The notes under the pieces are model-generated. The model was not told where the DNA came from and did no database searches. It was given only the letters and a program-made list of their open reading frames with translations. A DNA stretch of 64,000 bases, taken from contig NMRA01000025.1 in the NCBI GenBank assembly GCA_002633005.1, forward strand, positions 255,846 through 319,845. The letters are read 5' to 3'. Shown piece by piece: positions 12,501 to 27,000 of the stretch (positions are counted from its first letter, which is position 1; the number at the start of each line of letters is the position of its first letter). This DNA comes from Phoronis australis (Eukaryota > Animalia > Phoronida). A program made the position numbers and the translations under genes.

Positions 12501-14804
12501 CATGCTAGTGTAGAATTATTAAACTGGCGTGAAATTTGAATTTGCAGTTTTGTACAATCCAAGGTCCCAATAAACAATTTACCACACTGACCCCAAACAA
12601 CAATAAAACTAAAACTATTATAAGAATATGTGAATACTCATCAATGTTAAGCACACACACATGCGAGATGTATTATAATTACAAGATTTCTCGATTAAAT
12701 CCAGGATTTTTGTTACCACTTGTAAATTCAGTAATACTGGAATGATATATAATCTGTTATCATTACCCATTAAGTCTACCCATTTTGAAATTTTGTACTT
12801 ACATGTATTGCAATTTTCTACAGAAAATTGTTAGAATAACAAATAAATTATTAAAATAACAAATAAATAAATAAAACTGCCTGACTACCATCCTTTTTTA
12901 TTTCGAAAATTGTTGCAAAAATATACAACACTTGCTGTGAGATCTATCTTCTTTTTACATAAACATTTTGTTGTATGTCATCCCAGTTATAAGCATTTTG
13001 TACAATACAATCAACTAATCACATGAAGTTCAAGTCAATAGTTCTGCACTGCACAACTATAAACATAGCACGATTTTCGGTTTCCATTTTCTTCATATTG
13101 CATCCTCTTTACGACAAGCTTTACAACACAGAGCATCATCTTTTGGTGGCATTTTAAACTTGACTTTATGAACGTGCAGTGCACAAAAAGTTTAAGTCTA
13201 CAACTACCGGTACTTCACTTTTGCAAACCTATTTTCACATTCTTTGGACCACGAAGTTTTGTTTCATCACAGCCACAAATCTTCAGACAAGGAACCTGTT
13301 TTTTTTCTCTAATTTTGCAAACCGTCATATTGGTTTTAGCACAAAGATGACAAGTGAACATTGCAGATCAACTGTAATTTTGAGTTCAGTACTAAGTAGT
13401 CAAGTATTGTCACTACTTTTGAAGTACAGGAATCACTTCTACTTATAATTCTGATAGGAAGCAAGGCAATACTAATTTTGAACCTGTAAGCAGTCCAAGT
13501 AATTTTAAAGCCGTAAGCTGTATACACTCCAAATTTGGTGCTTTGAATCTTACAATGTTGAGAATGAGTGCTCTATATCCATACAGCACAACCTCACATA
13601 AAAACAGCCGAGGTTTTTCAAAAATACAAATTAACAAAAACCAAACAACAAAAATTTAGAGTATCACATTTCACATTGTAGCATGAGAATGCAATGCAAC
13701 AGAACACATAATCTCAACGTAACAATGGTAATAAAAATAAATACTTTGTTAGATTAAGCCCAACAGTACGCCTCATCCAGAAACATCTGAACAACATAAT
13801 GTACAGTCACCTGCATGAAAATGACAAAACCACTCGTCTAAAATCATTGAAATTTTGCAGCAATTATTTCTCAGATTTAATTTTTATTGATCAACTGTGA
13901 ATGATTTTTTGTTTTTCCCCAATTTTCACAGCAATCTCCACAAACCTTGGCCACTCCCAGTATATTTTGTCAATTATTCAAAAATTTAAATGTGATATGA
14001 AGTATTGCACCACAGCAATGTGGAACTCGATGTTCACTAGGTGGCGCTAATAAATAAAGGGCCCTCTTTTTGACAGACTGAGAGTAGAAAGCAGCATAAG
14101 GTGCTCACGTCATAAGGGAGCCATGTTTTACCTGAATGACGGCATTTCTGTGGAAAGGTGCCTTGCTTCACTAGCAAAACCAAGTGAATTTTGAGTTCCC
14201 CATGGCGATATGAAAAAGACACAAATATACCCATTACTGATGTATTGATTTTCCATTTCAAATACAGTAAAAGTTCTCTAGTTTGGGAGAGTGAAAAAAA
14301 TATTTTGCCCAAGGTTGTACCTTGTACCAAATTTTAGAAACAGGCAATACCAGCTGTCCCAAATTCAAGAATTACCATCAAGGACAAACCGTCATTCACC
14401 TTGATGTTAAACATTACAGGAACACATGAAAATGTTGAACACACAAATCTATTTTCTGACTTCGTTGATACAAAACGCAGCGTTCGATACTTGAGAAATA
14501 TCTTGAATGCCAAAATCACACGTCCCAATCTTCAGAATCTAGAAAATTCAATTTCAGCTTTAATTTTGGTGTCCCAAATTTTAGAAAGTGTCCCAAACTT
14601 GAAAATTATTACTGCATGTTCTCTTTCTTAGCAGTTTTGTTTGAAACCAGACCTTCGAAATTACATATCAGTCAGTGGTGTGAACTGCCCTCTTCCCCAA
14701 CTGATTGAGAGTCATACTGCATTAAGTGTGGTCACCTACCCAGGACAAACTATTGTGAAATACGGTCAGTTCGTTCAAAGTGTGAAAATCATTTTTCACC
14801 AATT

Positions 14805-14810
14805 TTTATT
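14805..14810 (-). terminator. Candidate poly(A) signal of ADPRS
   Basis: AATAAA on the minus strand about 165 nt after the stop codon. Confidence 0.4.
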
Positions 14811-14974
14811 GATAAGATATCAAATGAAAAATTTGGAAATGGCCAAGAACGGTGTCTAACATCTTAAAAACTTCAAAAAATAGTATTCTGCTGTAAAGTA
14901 ACAATTAATTTTGTTACCGTGAAACAAATACAATAAGTGTCACAATAGTTCCACGAACGAGACAGGATTCATAC

Positions 14975-15096
14975 TCAGTTCGTGCCTTGTGGTGAAGTCA
15001 ACTGATAAAGGTCTGTTGCTTGCCTCATTGCATAGTCCACACCCTCACACACACTGACCCATTCCTTTGGTATGCACTCAACTCCTAAGTGGGCAC
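14975..15096 (-). CDS. ADPRS: ADPRS exon 9, terminal (GAHLGVECIPKEWVSVCEGVDYAMRQATDLYQLTSPQGTN*)
   Basis: Resembles human GAYYGMDQVPESWQQSCEG; acceptor catgcag; TGA at 14977-14975. Confidence 0.9.
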
Positions 15097-18000
15097 CTGC
15101 ATGAGAGAATGAACTTATGCAGAAAAAGACAAATGCTGAAATGTGTATACAAATCTAACATTTAAAGCAACAAAATCTGCTTTAATATAGTTAAATTATG
15201 GGACATCAAGATTTGTACATCACTTGTGAACTGGTTGCTTTAACTTGCATGTAAGTTAAGAGAAAGAATTTTGTACGATTGTATTTAATTTTCAAAAGAT
15301 ACAACAACAGTTTTTTAACTAAAAGACAAAAAATAATTTCTGCCAGGTACAATGTCATCAACAAAGTGTTGTTGCAGAATCTAGTATGAGTGAACGAATG
15401 AACAAATTTATCCAGCTTCAATGTGGCTTGCTTCACCGCAAGCAGCCTAAAATAACTAATAGCATAAGTGACACTTTCTCTTGGTCTCGATAACACGCCC
15501 GTTTATTTACATGTAAAAATTCACAGTTATGTCAGGGCTGTTCCAGCAAAATCTGTATGGGAGGGGGGGGAAGGCACTTTTATTTCATACCCACCGCCCG
15601 TATTTTTCATTTATTTCTCCAACCCATGACCCATAATTTTTTAATTATTTTTAATAGGTTAAAATATAAAATCCAACACTTGCAAACAAATTGCCTCCAG
15701 GAGGACCTATTAAGAACTTATATGACTGACAGACAAGAACTAGTTGTCTTGTCCAATATTGTCAAAAACTAAAGTAGCCTGTGAGCAATACTTTTGGCAG
15801 CCACCAGGTGTCTCTGTTCACCATGTGTCTATAATTTCAATGAACATTTTTTTCATTTATAAGGATCTATGAATCTCAAACTGTCTCCACGAACTCTTCT
15901 ACACTTCTATGTCAAGTGAATATTGGAACTTGTTTATCTTACTCCTCATACTTTTTATTTAAAAATCATCAATTTTCTTATATGTGTTAACACCAGTTCA
16001 GTGTTGCATAACTTTTCAATTCAATAGGACTGCAGACAAACAGTTGGCTCAAATCGAGTTGCCCATGACTTGATTAATGGCTTAGTGAACATATTGCACT
16101 CTGTTCACTGGCAATATGGGCTTTTTTGTATTTGGATAAGTTAGGACAATTGCATTTATTTTTGAGTTTTTACCCTGAAGTAACCAACCTATCAACATTA
16201 ACAGGTCAAAAAATACCACCCATTTTTAATGCATCACTTATTACAGGAACGACCACCCATAATTTGAGTTTTTTTCTGAATACCACCACCCATGAATTTT
16301 TATTTCTACTGCCGTCCCCCCCTCCCACACGGATTTTACTGGAACAGCCCTCATCAGTTTTAAGCTGCTGTTTTCGCTTAATGCGTCACCCAAAAGCTGA
16401 ATCTGTCCTGACATTTGCATGAAAAATTAGTCACATCAGTCGCCACAAAAGGAAAAATCTTGCGAAAAACAGTATAACTTCACATATAGGTATGTACAAG
16501 GAGAGGCGAATGATACAGTAAAAACCATTTACAGTAAAAATTCTCCAATTTGGCACAGTCTCTTGAATTTGGGACATAGAAATTCACGCAAAAATTGGAT
16601 TTTGGAACAAGGGTGGTTTTGGCATTCACCATACTTCAGACAGTGTTTTCAATTTACAGAGTCTGAAAATGGACTTGAAAGTAAATTTGTTTTACCAACA
16701 CAAAATTGCGTAAGTTGATCGCTTTTAACTATCATTAAAAGAACACTGTTTTATGACCAAACCTTATGTCTCGTGATTCACCATGTGTGGTTAAAACAAT
16801 CGGTACCGATCACAGATCTTATCATCGACTTAACTGTTGCAATTGCTTGTGATTACACTTTCAATTCACACAAAGTTGGCAATGTTTACGACTGGTGCTG
16901 ATATATACAAAGTATAACTGCAAAATTGAAACATGTATTGTCTGTATGCTACCAATTCGATTCCATGGGTAATTTTGATGGACAAGTGAAATTATTTTTC
17001 TCGTTTTTTTCATAAACAATACGTAGCATCAAATTAATGTTTTAACAAGTTCTGCACCATAATTACAATAAGAAAATATTTTGAAAAACTGCGGACATTC
17101 ACAACAACGTTAAAGAACCGTGGAAATTAATGAAAGGGTAATAATATTTTGGCAATTACTTTTGTTCGAAATCGGTGATATTTTGCCATATGTATTTAGG
17201 ACACCATGACACTGACCTGCTATTGCCCCAGCCATGGAGGCAATCGTGTCTGTATCTCCACCAAGTGAGATGGCATAACCAATGGTTCGCTCAAATGGAC
17301 TAGTCAACTGAAACAGAGCAAGGGAATTACCAACGACCTGGTAACTTATTTAAAAAACTTCCGAAAACTTTCCCAACTCTGCAAACCATCCAAATGACTT
17401 TATGCCTGAGAATATCTGGATTCCAAACCATAGACAGACATCCACACCTGAACCACTGAATCAAGCAATGGACAGCAAAATCAAGACTTTTAAACACAGA
17501 ATCATTCGTCTGAACATTAAAAAATTCTTCTGAACACTAAGAGTCTATTTCATCTGGAACACTTCGAGCATTTCCATAGCCTCAAACTAATTCTTCGAAG
17601 GTGTTTCATATCTGCACATGTGTGACCTTCAATCTTAACCTGCAAGTCATGTGACTCTCAAAATGGAGAATGCTGTAGAATGTGTCAGCGTATCCCTATG
17701 AGAACACCAGGAGACAAACTAGGGATTGAATTTTGGAAATTTGGAAATGAATTTTGATGTGTACTAGGCTGATGCCATGATTTTAACCCTTTCTTGACCA
17801 AATCCCTAGCTACTGTGATTGAAGATCACTCATGTGCAGATTTGAAACACATCCGAGGGAATGCTTGAAGCAACAAAAATATCTGATGTGTTCCTCATGA
17901 GTCAACCACACAATGTTCGCTGCATTTGAAATGCAGATTCTCCACTTGGCACCTGAAATAGATTATTTAAGTGTGGCAAATAGTTCAGTGCTTGAAAAGT

Positions 18001-21000
18001 ATACTCATCTGATATCAGATATCAGATAGTTCACACATAGATAGTTTAAACAGTACTGTTAGACACACAGAAATATGACCACATAACTAGTAATTAACAA
18101 TTGATGGGAAACTTTAAAATTTATGATTCATGGCCGATTTTGGATCGGTTTTGAGTCACATTGTCACTAAACACTGACAAGGATGTTTACTGAGAGGCAA
18201 TGAGACCGGATCAAAAGACAGACACTATATTTCTCTGGCAAATAACAGAGGAAACTGTCTTATGCTATGAGACCATGACGTGCAGCATGCAATTGAGTTT
18301 TCGGCAATACCAGAAGAAAAATTGCATGCGGCTGAGGAAATTTCGCCTCAAGTGATTTCTTTTACATTTTAGCAAGACCACAGAACCAATTTTAATGGTC
18401 TGGAATCAGTTAAATTTAGGTTTGTTTCTTTAGTGACTAAGTACCAACATAGAAAATTTCATTCGATTTGAAAATATTGATGAGCGAACAAAAGTCACAT
18501 GCATACACGCCATGAAGTTATTGGCAGATTAACTTTGTGGGACAGATTGACAAATACGTAATTGGTGTTCGTTTATGGGAATAAATGCTACCAAATGTTC
18601 ATCATTTTTGTTAATTAGTATTCAAAATTTCTCACTTTGGGGCTAACCATAGCAAGCATGCCAATGGTCTTAACCAAAAAGTTGAATTTCCGCATGAAGA
18701 GTAAATGCAGCTAGGAAAGTTGCTAATGAAATCAGTTGGAAAAAATAAGATTAAATTTCACCAATCAGTAGAACTCACCAACTCCATGTCTTCAACGGGA
18801 TGCGTTGATCGCAAGAATGCATAGATGGCAGTAGGGACAGAACCGATTGCAGAAATGTAATTGCCTGGGAAGTTAAAGACAGGATATGAGACAATGACAG
18901 GATACCTTCATGATTCCATAAATTCTCATCTACGTGAAATTAGGAAGAACAAACTAAGATTCCACGACAACCTTGATCAATCATTGCCTAATAAAATTAA
19001 ATCCAATGATGAATAAAACCTGGAGACAGAGGTAAAACTAAAGGCAATATAGGGGAAATGGTGTACGTGTCACCCCCAAGTGGGATGGCATGACCAATGA
19101 TCCTCTCAAATGTACTAGTCAGTTGAATAGGAGCAAGGAAGTAAGGAAATGCTTCAGTGAGGGCTGATGTCCCTATACCCAGAATATGCAAGGCCAACGA
19201 GATTGCCATTATGTTGAAATTATACAAAAATTTTAAAATGGTCTCAACATGAACATGGAACACATGAATTATTATACTTGATTTCCATTTCCAATCCCCT
19301 TATTTTTCATTTCATCTGCCTTTTATCAAATTTACCCATGCCTGTCTGTAACGATCATTGTCTTTTCTCATACGTCAGAAGAGCCGCATACCAGCTCAGA
19401 AGCAACGGATAATATATATTTTATACTGCTCGTGACATTTGGTGAGTAAAGGTGCCCTTTGCACCCTATTCTATTTGATCCAGTGGTAAGAGATGACAAG
19501 CAGTAATAAGTGCAGACAGACGATGAATCACAGACAAGACACCTTAAACATAAGTCTTACTCAAAGATATTTTCAATGAGGGATTGTTCATAATTGTAGT
19601 ATTTTAAGGCTGTTTACAGAACATTGTTTTCAGCCAATCATTATTCATGATTATCAGCATTTTCAAAAGCAAACTAAGTGAGAAGGGGTTACACGCCCAT
19701 GTACACAAAAAACATCAGTGGAAATCATCAACAGAAAGACTGTACAAGAGCAACGCAGAGCGTTGAAATGCGCCCACAATTGCACCGCATACGGTATCCT
19801 TCTAGGGTTGTTTATTGGTACCACAAAGTGGCCAGTAGAGAGCATATATGTAGTATGTTGTACTTAGCAAAATGGAAAGGCATGGTCATTGTCTCCTCAA
19901 TAGGCTAGGGGCAAAATGTGAGTAATCTTCATAATACAAGCACATCCTATACACCAGTTGCTTAAAGCACCACAGAAACATAGAATAAAAACAAATTTAC
20001 CAACATACGAGATTAGCATAGCATTAGAATGCCAGAAACAAATTTCTACTTGGAACTTTTCCTTCATAGTCACGAAGTAACACAAAGTATACACCTGAAG
20101 ACCTATGAAAATACAGAGGTCAATGTAAAATACTATAAATTGCCACTAGAGGCAAATACTAAAATTGCCACTAGAGGCATACCGGTAGTCAGAATCATCC
20201 TAAAGTCGTCATCGTCCGTTGTCAACATCACATCAATACACTTGCTAAATTTAGTAAAGATCCTGCAAACGGTTTGGGAGATACAACNNNNNNNNNNNNN
20301 NNNNNNNNNNNNNNNNNNNNNNNNNNNNNNNNNNNNNNNNNNNNNNNNNNNNNNNNNNNNNNNNNNNNNNNNNNNNNNNNNNNNNNNNNNNNNNNNNNNN
20401 NNNNNNNNNNNNNNNNNNNNNNNNNNNNNNNNNNNNNNNNNNNNNNNNNNNNNNNNNNNNNNNNNNNNNNNNNNNNNNNNNNNNNNNNNNNNNNNNNNNN
20501 NNNNNNNNNNNNNNNNNNNNNNNNNNNNNNNNNNNNNNNNNNNNNNNNNNNNNNNNNNNNNNNNNNNNNNNNNNNNNNNNNNNNNNNNNNNNNNAAAATC
20601 CGTTCAGGACTTTTGAAGATACAAAGGTAAGCGTAAAAAACTAAAATTGCCACTAGGGGGCACACCGGTAGTCGGATCCGTCCGAAAGTTCGCACATGCC
20701 GTCCCATTCATGAATGGAACATATGTGCCAAATTTCATGAACGTATGTCAAAGGGTTTTGGAGATAGAGCAGCGGACGCCGGACGCCAGACGCCGGACGC
20801 CGCCCGGACGGACGGACGGACGGAGATGACGGCATAATGCGTCCACATATAAATATGTGGGCGCATAAAAATCAACATTTTAAAGTACTTTTCTAGAGAC
20901 ATGAGGATCTGCCAAAAAATTAGCTTGTAAAATTTAAAAAAATTTGATAATAAAAATCGTTTTATAAAAGGAACTTAACTTAAAGCTGCACTTTGCTGTG

Positions 21001-24000
21001 CTTGACTGGCTTGAAAACAAAATTCAAACTAGGTTTTTTGCTTTCATGAAATCGGTCGCATAATATTCCTTACCATGACAGGATTCTATTTCCATTACCA
21101 AGAAGAGCATTAGAGTCATCAGCAACTCTTGTAAATAGAATCTTAACTTAGTGTCCTCCACAACCTGTTTTGACTCATCACTGCGCTGAGTTTGAATTTT
21201 GCTGTGACAAGTTTGGCTTACTTGTGTTGAGTTTGGAAACTTGTGCAAAGAATTTAAAGCATTGGGAGATCAGGAATTTCCAAAACAAATTCAGACATTT
21301 TGTATTTTTGGCAATTTTTCAATGCATTTATTCCAAGACTTAACACACATACTCCACACGGTATGGATATGGATTTTCGAACATGTACATGAATTTTGTT
21401 ATTTCAGTCAAGTTTGAATTTTCTGTTGTGGAGAACACTGATTACAGTAAGAGATATCATGAAAACAATTTCATGAGAGCAAGACCTAATTGGATTTTCA
21501 TTTTTAGCTAGCGCTAAAGTGCAAAATACAGTTTTAAAAAGAATGACGATTTCAGTACCTAAACGTCCCACAACATCCTGAGAAGAGGGTCTTTGATCAC
21601 ATTGTAAGTAGGACTTGATCACTTGTAACTTGTCTGTGTACGTCTGAGGCCCACTTTGTCTGAAACAACACTCATGAGCTCATTTCTCATTGTAGCAACA
21701 TTTTAATAAAGACAGTAGCCATAACAATGCTACAAAACCTGATTTAGCATTTTCAAAAACAGTTAAATCCACTTTAGAAAAAATGTCATTACATTTTATT
21801 CCTGTTTAGTAACTAACAAAACAATTCTCAAATTCCATCAAAAAGAATATACGAATACTTGAACATGTTGACTGCACACCAATAGGCGATAGGGCTAGGT
21901 CCAGGTGATATATTTGATCAATTATATTTTAAAATTTTTGTAAGTGAAAAAACAAAAATACTAGAATTCTTGTATCTACTAGTGAATAGTGTGAATTCCA
22001 CTAGAAACGTTTTATTTCACGAAAGGGTGAAATTTGTTGAATTTCTTCTGTTTTCCAGCTGTTGCATTAATGAGCACACAGAAACAGCAGTAATGGCAAA
22101 CTGTTGGCTTGAATCAGGAACCTGTCATCAAAATTGAATGACTATGACTTCAAACAAAATGACCAACAGTGCTCACAATAACAGAACACCTTGTGTGAGT
22201 AAATTTACTCAAAACAACCTCATGTAACTTACCCTTCACAGATTGTTGGGTCGACCCCTTCAAGAGCTGACATCTTAGCTATTAATCTGTCCACAAATGA
22301 CAGTTTATCGAAGTCCTCTGGTTCATCGAGCGCCTGACGTACAGCAAGGCACTGCAAGATGGCTCCCAGAACACCGGTGGCGTTAGCATGCGTCAATTCT
22401 GTGGCCCTTCTTACTAAATACTAAAAAGAAACAATATATATTTATATATATATATCAGAACTGCAATACAACAAATACATGGACTCTAATCTCCACAAAT
22501 GTTTTAAATCACTTCCTGTGTTACTTTTGACTCTTCAAATTGCACATCTCGGGCAGCCAAGTTGAAACGTGGCATTAGTGGTCCTTGTTGCTTCGATGTG
22601 ATTGGCCAGTTAGCAACTGTCAATTATGAGCATTATGACACAGTGCTTAGTAAATTTTAGGGACCTTTAGGTGTTAGAAGGTATTAGCAGCAGTGGTTGT
22701 GTAAGGGTGGTTCACGCCGCATACAGCAACTATGACACTTGACTGGATTTGACAGAGATTTGTGGGGAAAGTCATGTGACATTAAATGGAAAGACAAAAT
22801 CCAGATTTTAACCCGATTAAAGTTTATTTGTGAGGATATTTGAAACATCGTGTTTATACAAATAATCCAAACAGCACTGATGAGCTGAAGATAGAAATCA
22901 CCACAAAACCAGCAACAAGTGCCTACTTGGCGAATCTAGTTGAGTAATCAACAACTTAACTTGAAGCCCACAAGTGTGAAATGGTGGACAATAGGAGCAA
23001 ACTTTAAAAACTTAAGGCAATAAGTCATAATGCATTATTTTTGTAATCTGAAAGAAGTGTCATCCACGCATATTAGTTTACTATGCACAGCTTGGTGGTG
23101 ATTTCATTGGAAATGATTATTTAACGAGCAAAAACACAAACAACATTTTTGGGGTCACTCTGTGTATAAGATCCCTGTAACTTACATTCGGGAGTTTGCA
23201 AGCTTATGTAATCAATTACTAAATGAACTGAGACTTACTTCTAACATGTACCCAAAACTAAACAAATGCCATAGAAAAGTTTTCTGAACTGCTACTCAAC
23301 ATTAAGTTACAGTTAGCAAGATACAGGGACATAAATTGTAAAAATCAAGAATGACATGTTGACAAAAGATTGACAAGTCAGCACTTGATTGGCAAGTTAC
23401 ACTAGACTGACAATAATTTTGACTGATGTACCTCCATCTCATTGTCCATCCTACCATATGTGAAGAGCCCAGCTGGAGCAATTCTCATGGCTCCACCGTT
23501 ACCATAGGAACCACTGCCTCCAAACTGCTCTTTAGCGAAAGCAAACTCGTTGAAATCATTGCCTTTTTCGAAATGTGCCTGCAAGGTTAATGAAAATAAA
23601 GTTATTTCAAAATTCATTTACTATGCAAAAGCATTATTTACTGTCATCAAATAAATCACATCACTTTAACGCAAATTAAAAAGGTTTTTGTGTACAACAA
23701 GAGTTAGTGTCTTTCCAAAGTGTGGAAGGTGTTTCTCCCACTGCACGGGTGGCTACCTATGAACTGCCAATAAGGGTAGATTTTTTTTGCAATTGTGGTG
23801 TTAATTTGGGTACACTATGGCAAAAATTGGGTAATCATATGAGTCACATAACACACTTTCAACTGTTGACCATTTTTTTCTTCTTTGTTGTTCTCTTGTT
23901 ATGCTTAGAAATAACATTGGAAATGTGTGTTATCGCTGAGAACTGGTTCTCAAATTACTTGACCGAATAGCGTTTAGTATCAGCAACATACCATAGACAA

Positions 24001-27000
24001 TGGTGCTGCCTTTCGCCAATGTACCATGGGATATGCTAATGTTCTCAGAACACACTGAATATCATTTTGGGATTGGAGGGTGTAACTAGTATGCACAGTG
24101 GCTCAAAATTTTGCAAACAGTTGTAAATGATGGGTGTCGTCAACACACAATAGGCCTTTTGAAATTGACATGCAAGGTCACTGAAAGCAATTCTTTTTGT
24201 GCTTTCCCATTAAGGGGAACATCGGTTTACCAAAGCTTCGCCGAAATTTCATTTATCTCTCCAACTAGACAGTGATATCGAAGTTTCGCTAGATGGTGAT
24301 TCAGTCATCAGCGTAGACACCAGACGACGCAGTATATCTGGACTGTTAAACGAATATTGAGCAGTGGGTTCAAGGCTAACTGAAAATTGTTCTCCTGCCA
24401 TTTATGGGTATTTACGAAAAGGATCAGTGTCATTCTTCATCAGATATGCTGTCTATTATTTATTTACGTGCATCTATTGAGAGCATGTCTGGCTTTGCGA
24501 AAATAACAAAGAACATGTTTTGCAAGTCTCGCGTGATTGTATATCATTGCCGCCACCTCTACAGATAACTTCGACAAATCTTCGCTTTGATCGTTCTCAT
24601 TACACCGAAGTTTGACTGAGTACCGCAGCTGTGCTATTAAATCCTGCTATTTTAGCAAAGTTTCACTTGCAGTATATATATGTGAGTTAACCTTTCCCTC
24701 TTATCGAAACTTCGGTAAAAGCGAAGTTTTGGCTATAATGGGAAAGCACCATTTGAGAACCCTGCTCCTAGTCATACAATAGTTCCAGTTGGACTGCATA
24801 ACTGAACGCTGCAATCTAACAAAGGGTTTATGGTACGGGGTGAGAAGATAGTTGTTTTATTACCCCCTGCGTTTAGAATCTGAGTAGCTGAGCCCAGAAT
24901 GTCACTTATGAAGTCCATTAATTAAACTATTGAAGGTTAAATTCTTAACAATACTACAGGTACCCAAATTTTCCTATTAATATGAGTACATTTTTCAAAG
25001 CCATGGAGACACACCCCTGCACATCATTTCTGCAAGAACTCCCCAGGCTTTCAACTACTTATTGAACAGAAGATAAATGTAACGAGATAAACAATAGCCC
25101 ACTATTAACAAAGCAAAACTACAACAAATGACAGGGTTTACAACTAACCACTGCTCCCTTCAGATAATCTTCAAAATAAGTCATAAACCTTATCCATTTT
25201 CTTGCAAATATCTCATTTTATTATGATAGAAGATAACATAAAAAAGAAATACTCTCTTTACAGATTTATCACAGTTTAAGCGACATCAATGTTGTTATTT
25301 CATAAACTTCACCAGTTTTGTTTTCCTTTTAAAGGTGCATTTTGCCCGTTTAGCTGGCTAAAAAATGAAAATTGCGTTAGGTATTTTACTTTCACAATAT
25401 TAGTCTCATAATATTCCTTCCGTGACACAATTTTAGTTCCATTACAAAATGAACATTGAAACGACAAGCGACTAACGAAAATCACTTCACAGTCTATTGT
25501 GGTTGGTCCACCCTAAAATTGCAAGTTTGAAAATGGTGCATCTGTGCATTGCCTGTGACTTGAGAATCTAGCTCATTTGGCAACAATTCAAGATCAGATG
25601 AGTGTAATGTTTTCAAACCCCAAAGTGTTTTGGTTAAGAATTCAAGAATTCATTACTGATGACAAAACAGTGTTGCGAAGTGCCCCTTTATGTTACAAAA
25701 CATTTATTCTTGGCAATTTTTGATAAACAAAAGACAAACCTTGGAATTAGACTACTTACTTGCTCAATAAGATTAGACTCAACTTGGAAATTATGAACTA
25801 CATAAGAATGTAGAACCCACCTTGAACATTTCAAACACTGTTATGACACCTCCTCCATATCCTCGATCCGGCTCTTTAAAGTATTCTTCCTGGAACCTGA
25901 ATATGGATAACAAAACTTCCTTTAAATAAGGGTCAACAGTAAAGTGCACAAAATCAACCCGAGATACAATAACAATGAAATGAATATTAACACTGTCCAC
26001 TTTAAAATGATATAATAAAAGATTTCTAATTTCACATGAAAATACATGTTCTCTCCAAGAGCTGAAAGTGCAATATATACAGGACAGAAAAGTCAAATAA
26101 CACAGAATGACAATGGGCTAACTGAAAAAGTCAATCTTCCACAACAATCTTGGCACAAAAGATCAGACAAACAGAAACTACGAGTTGTTTTAAAAAATGG
26201 TATTAGCCGCAGTCAACTAACCGAGAGCAAAATAATTTAAAATAAAAGTAATAGAGAGATAAAACTGTTTTGAGTATGCTATATGTAACGTGGTGAATGT
26301 GCTAACTCGTGCCACCTTTACATGTTTACCTAAAAGCTAAGTCCTTGGAATTCAAACCCTGGTTCTTGATGAGGGACTCTGCCACAGAGCGTGCCATCGC
26401 CGTGTCATCTGTGTAAGATATCTGCGACGCTCCTACGTGTCGGGACACTGTACACAAATAAAATAGAAAAGTACAGATACATAGCTGAACAGGAAGGAAC
26501 CATCATAACATGCAAGTAAATATGACTGATCCTAACAACTAAATTTCAAAAGGATGCTTTGTAATTAAGTACAACATACGTCAATTGTATCTCAGATTAA
26601 TTTGCCATCAAATTCAATTCTTCACAAATCAATGTTATTTCACTGTGGAATTCAATGCCAGATTGTCTTAAAGTCCTATGCAGCGGCATCTTTGAAAACC
26701 ATTTGGTTCATGTTTTGGGATGATCAAAAACAGTTTTATAACTTGATCCTAAAATCACTTTCAACCATCAAAAGATCTGAATGAATTGACAAGTTTCCAT
26801 CGATTCTGTTTTTCATTTGTAAAAGCAATAAGCCTAATCCCAGCAGCACACATACATGTGTCATGTCAACAGAGCACGTGCTTCTTAAGTCTGTTTTTAC
26901 ACAGTTAACATCATTTTCAGTTGTCACCAAATCACAAAAGATGTCCAAAACACTGAGCTAATGACGCGCTTCATGAACATACTGATTTGAAGTCTGTTAG

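Noticed and set aside
19123-19190. GIGTSALTEAFPYFL upstream of the duplicate exon as a fused exon 7 homologue
   Set aside because: No nucleotide similarity to exon 7; the adjacent bases match the exon 8 acceptor intron instead
20029-20707. Long ORFs of 118-195 aa
   Set aside because: They run through N gaps inside a non-coding repeat
22876-22900. Hammerhead ribozyme core (CTGATGA...GAAA)
   Set aside because: Stem II does not close and the sequence is the STDELKIEI part of the mariner remnant
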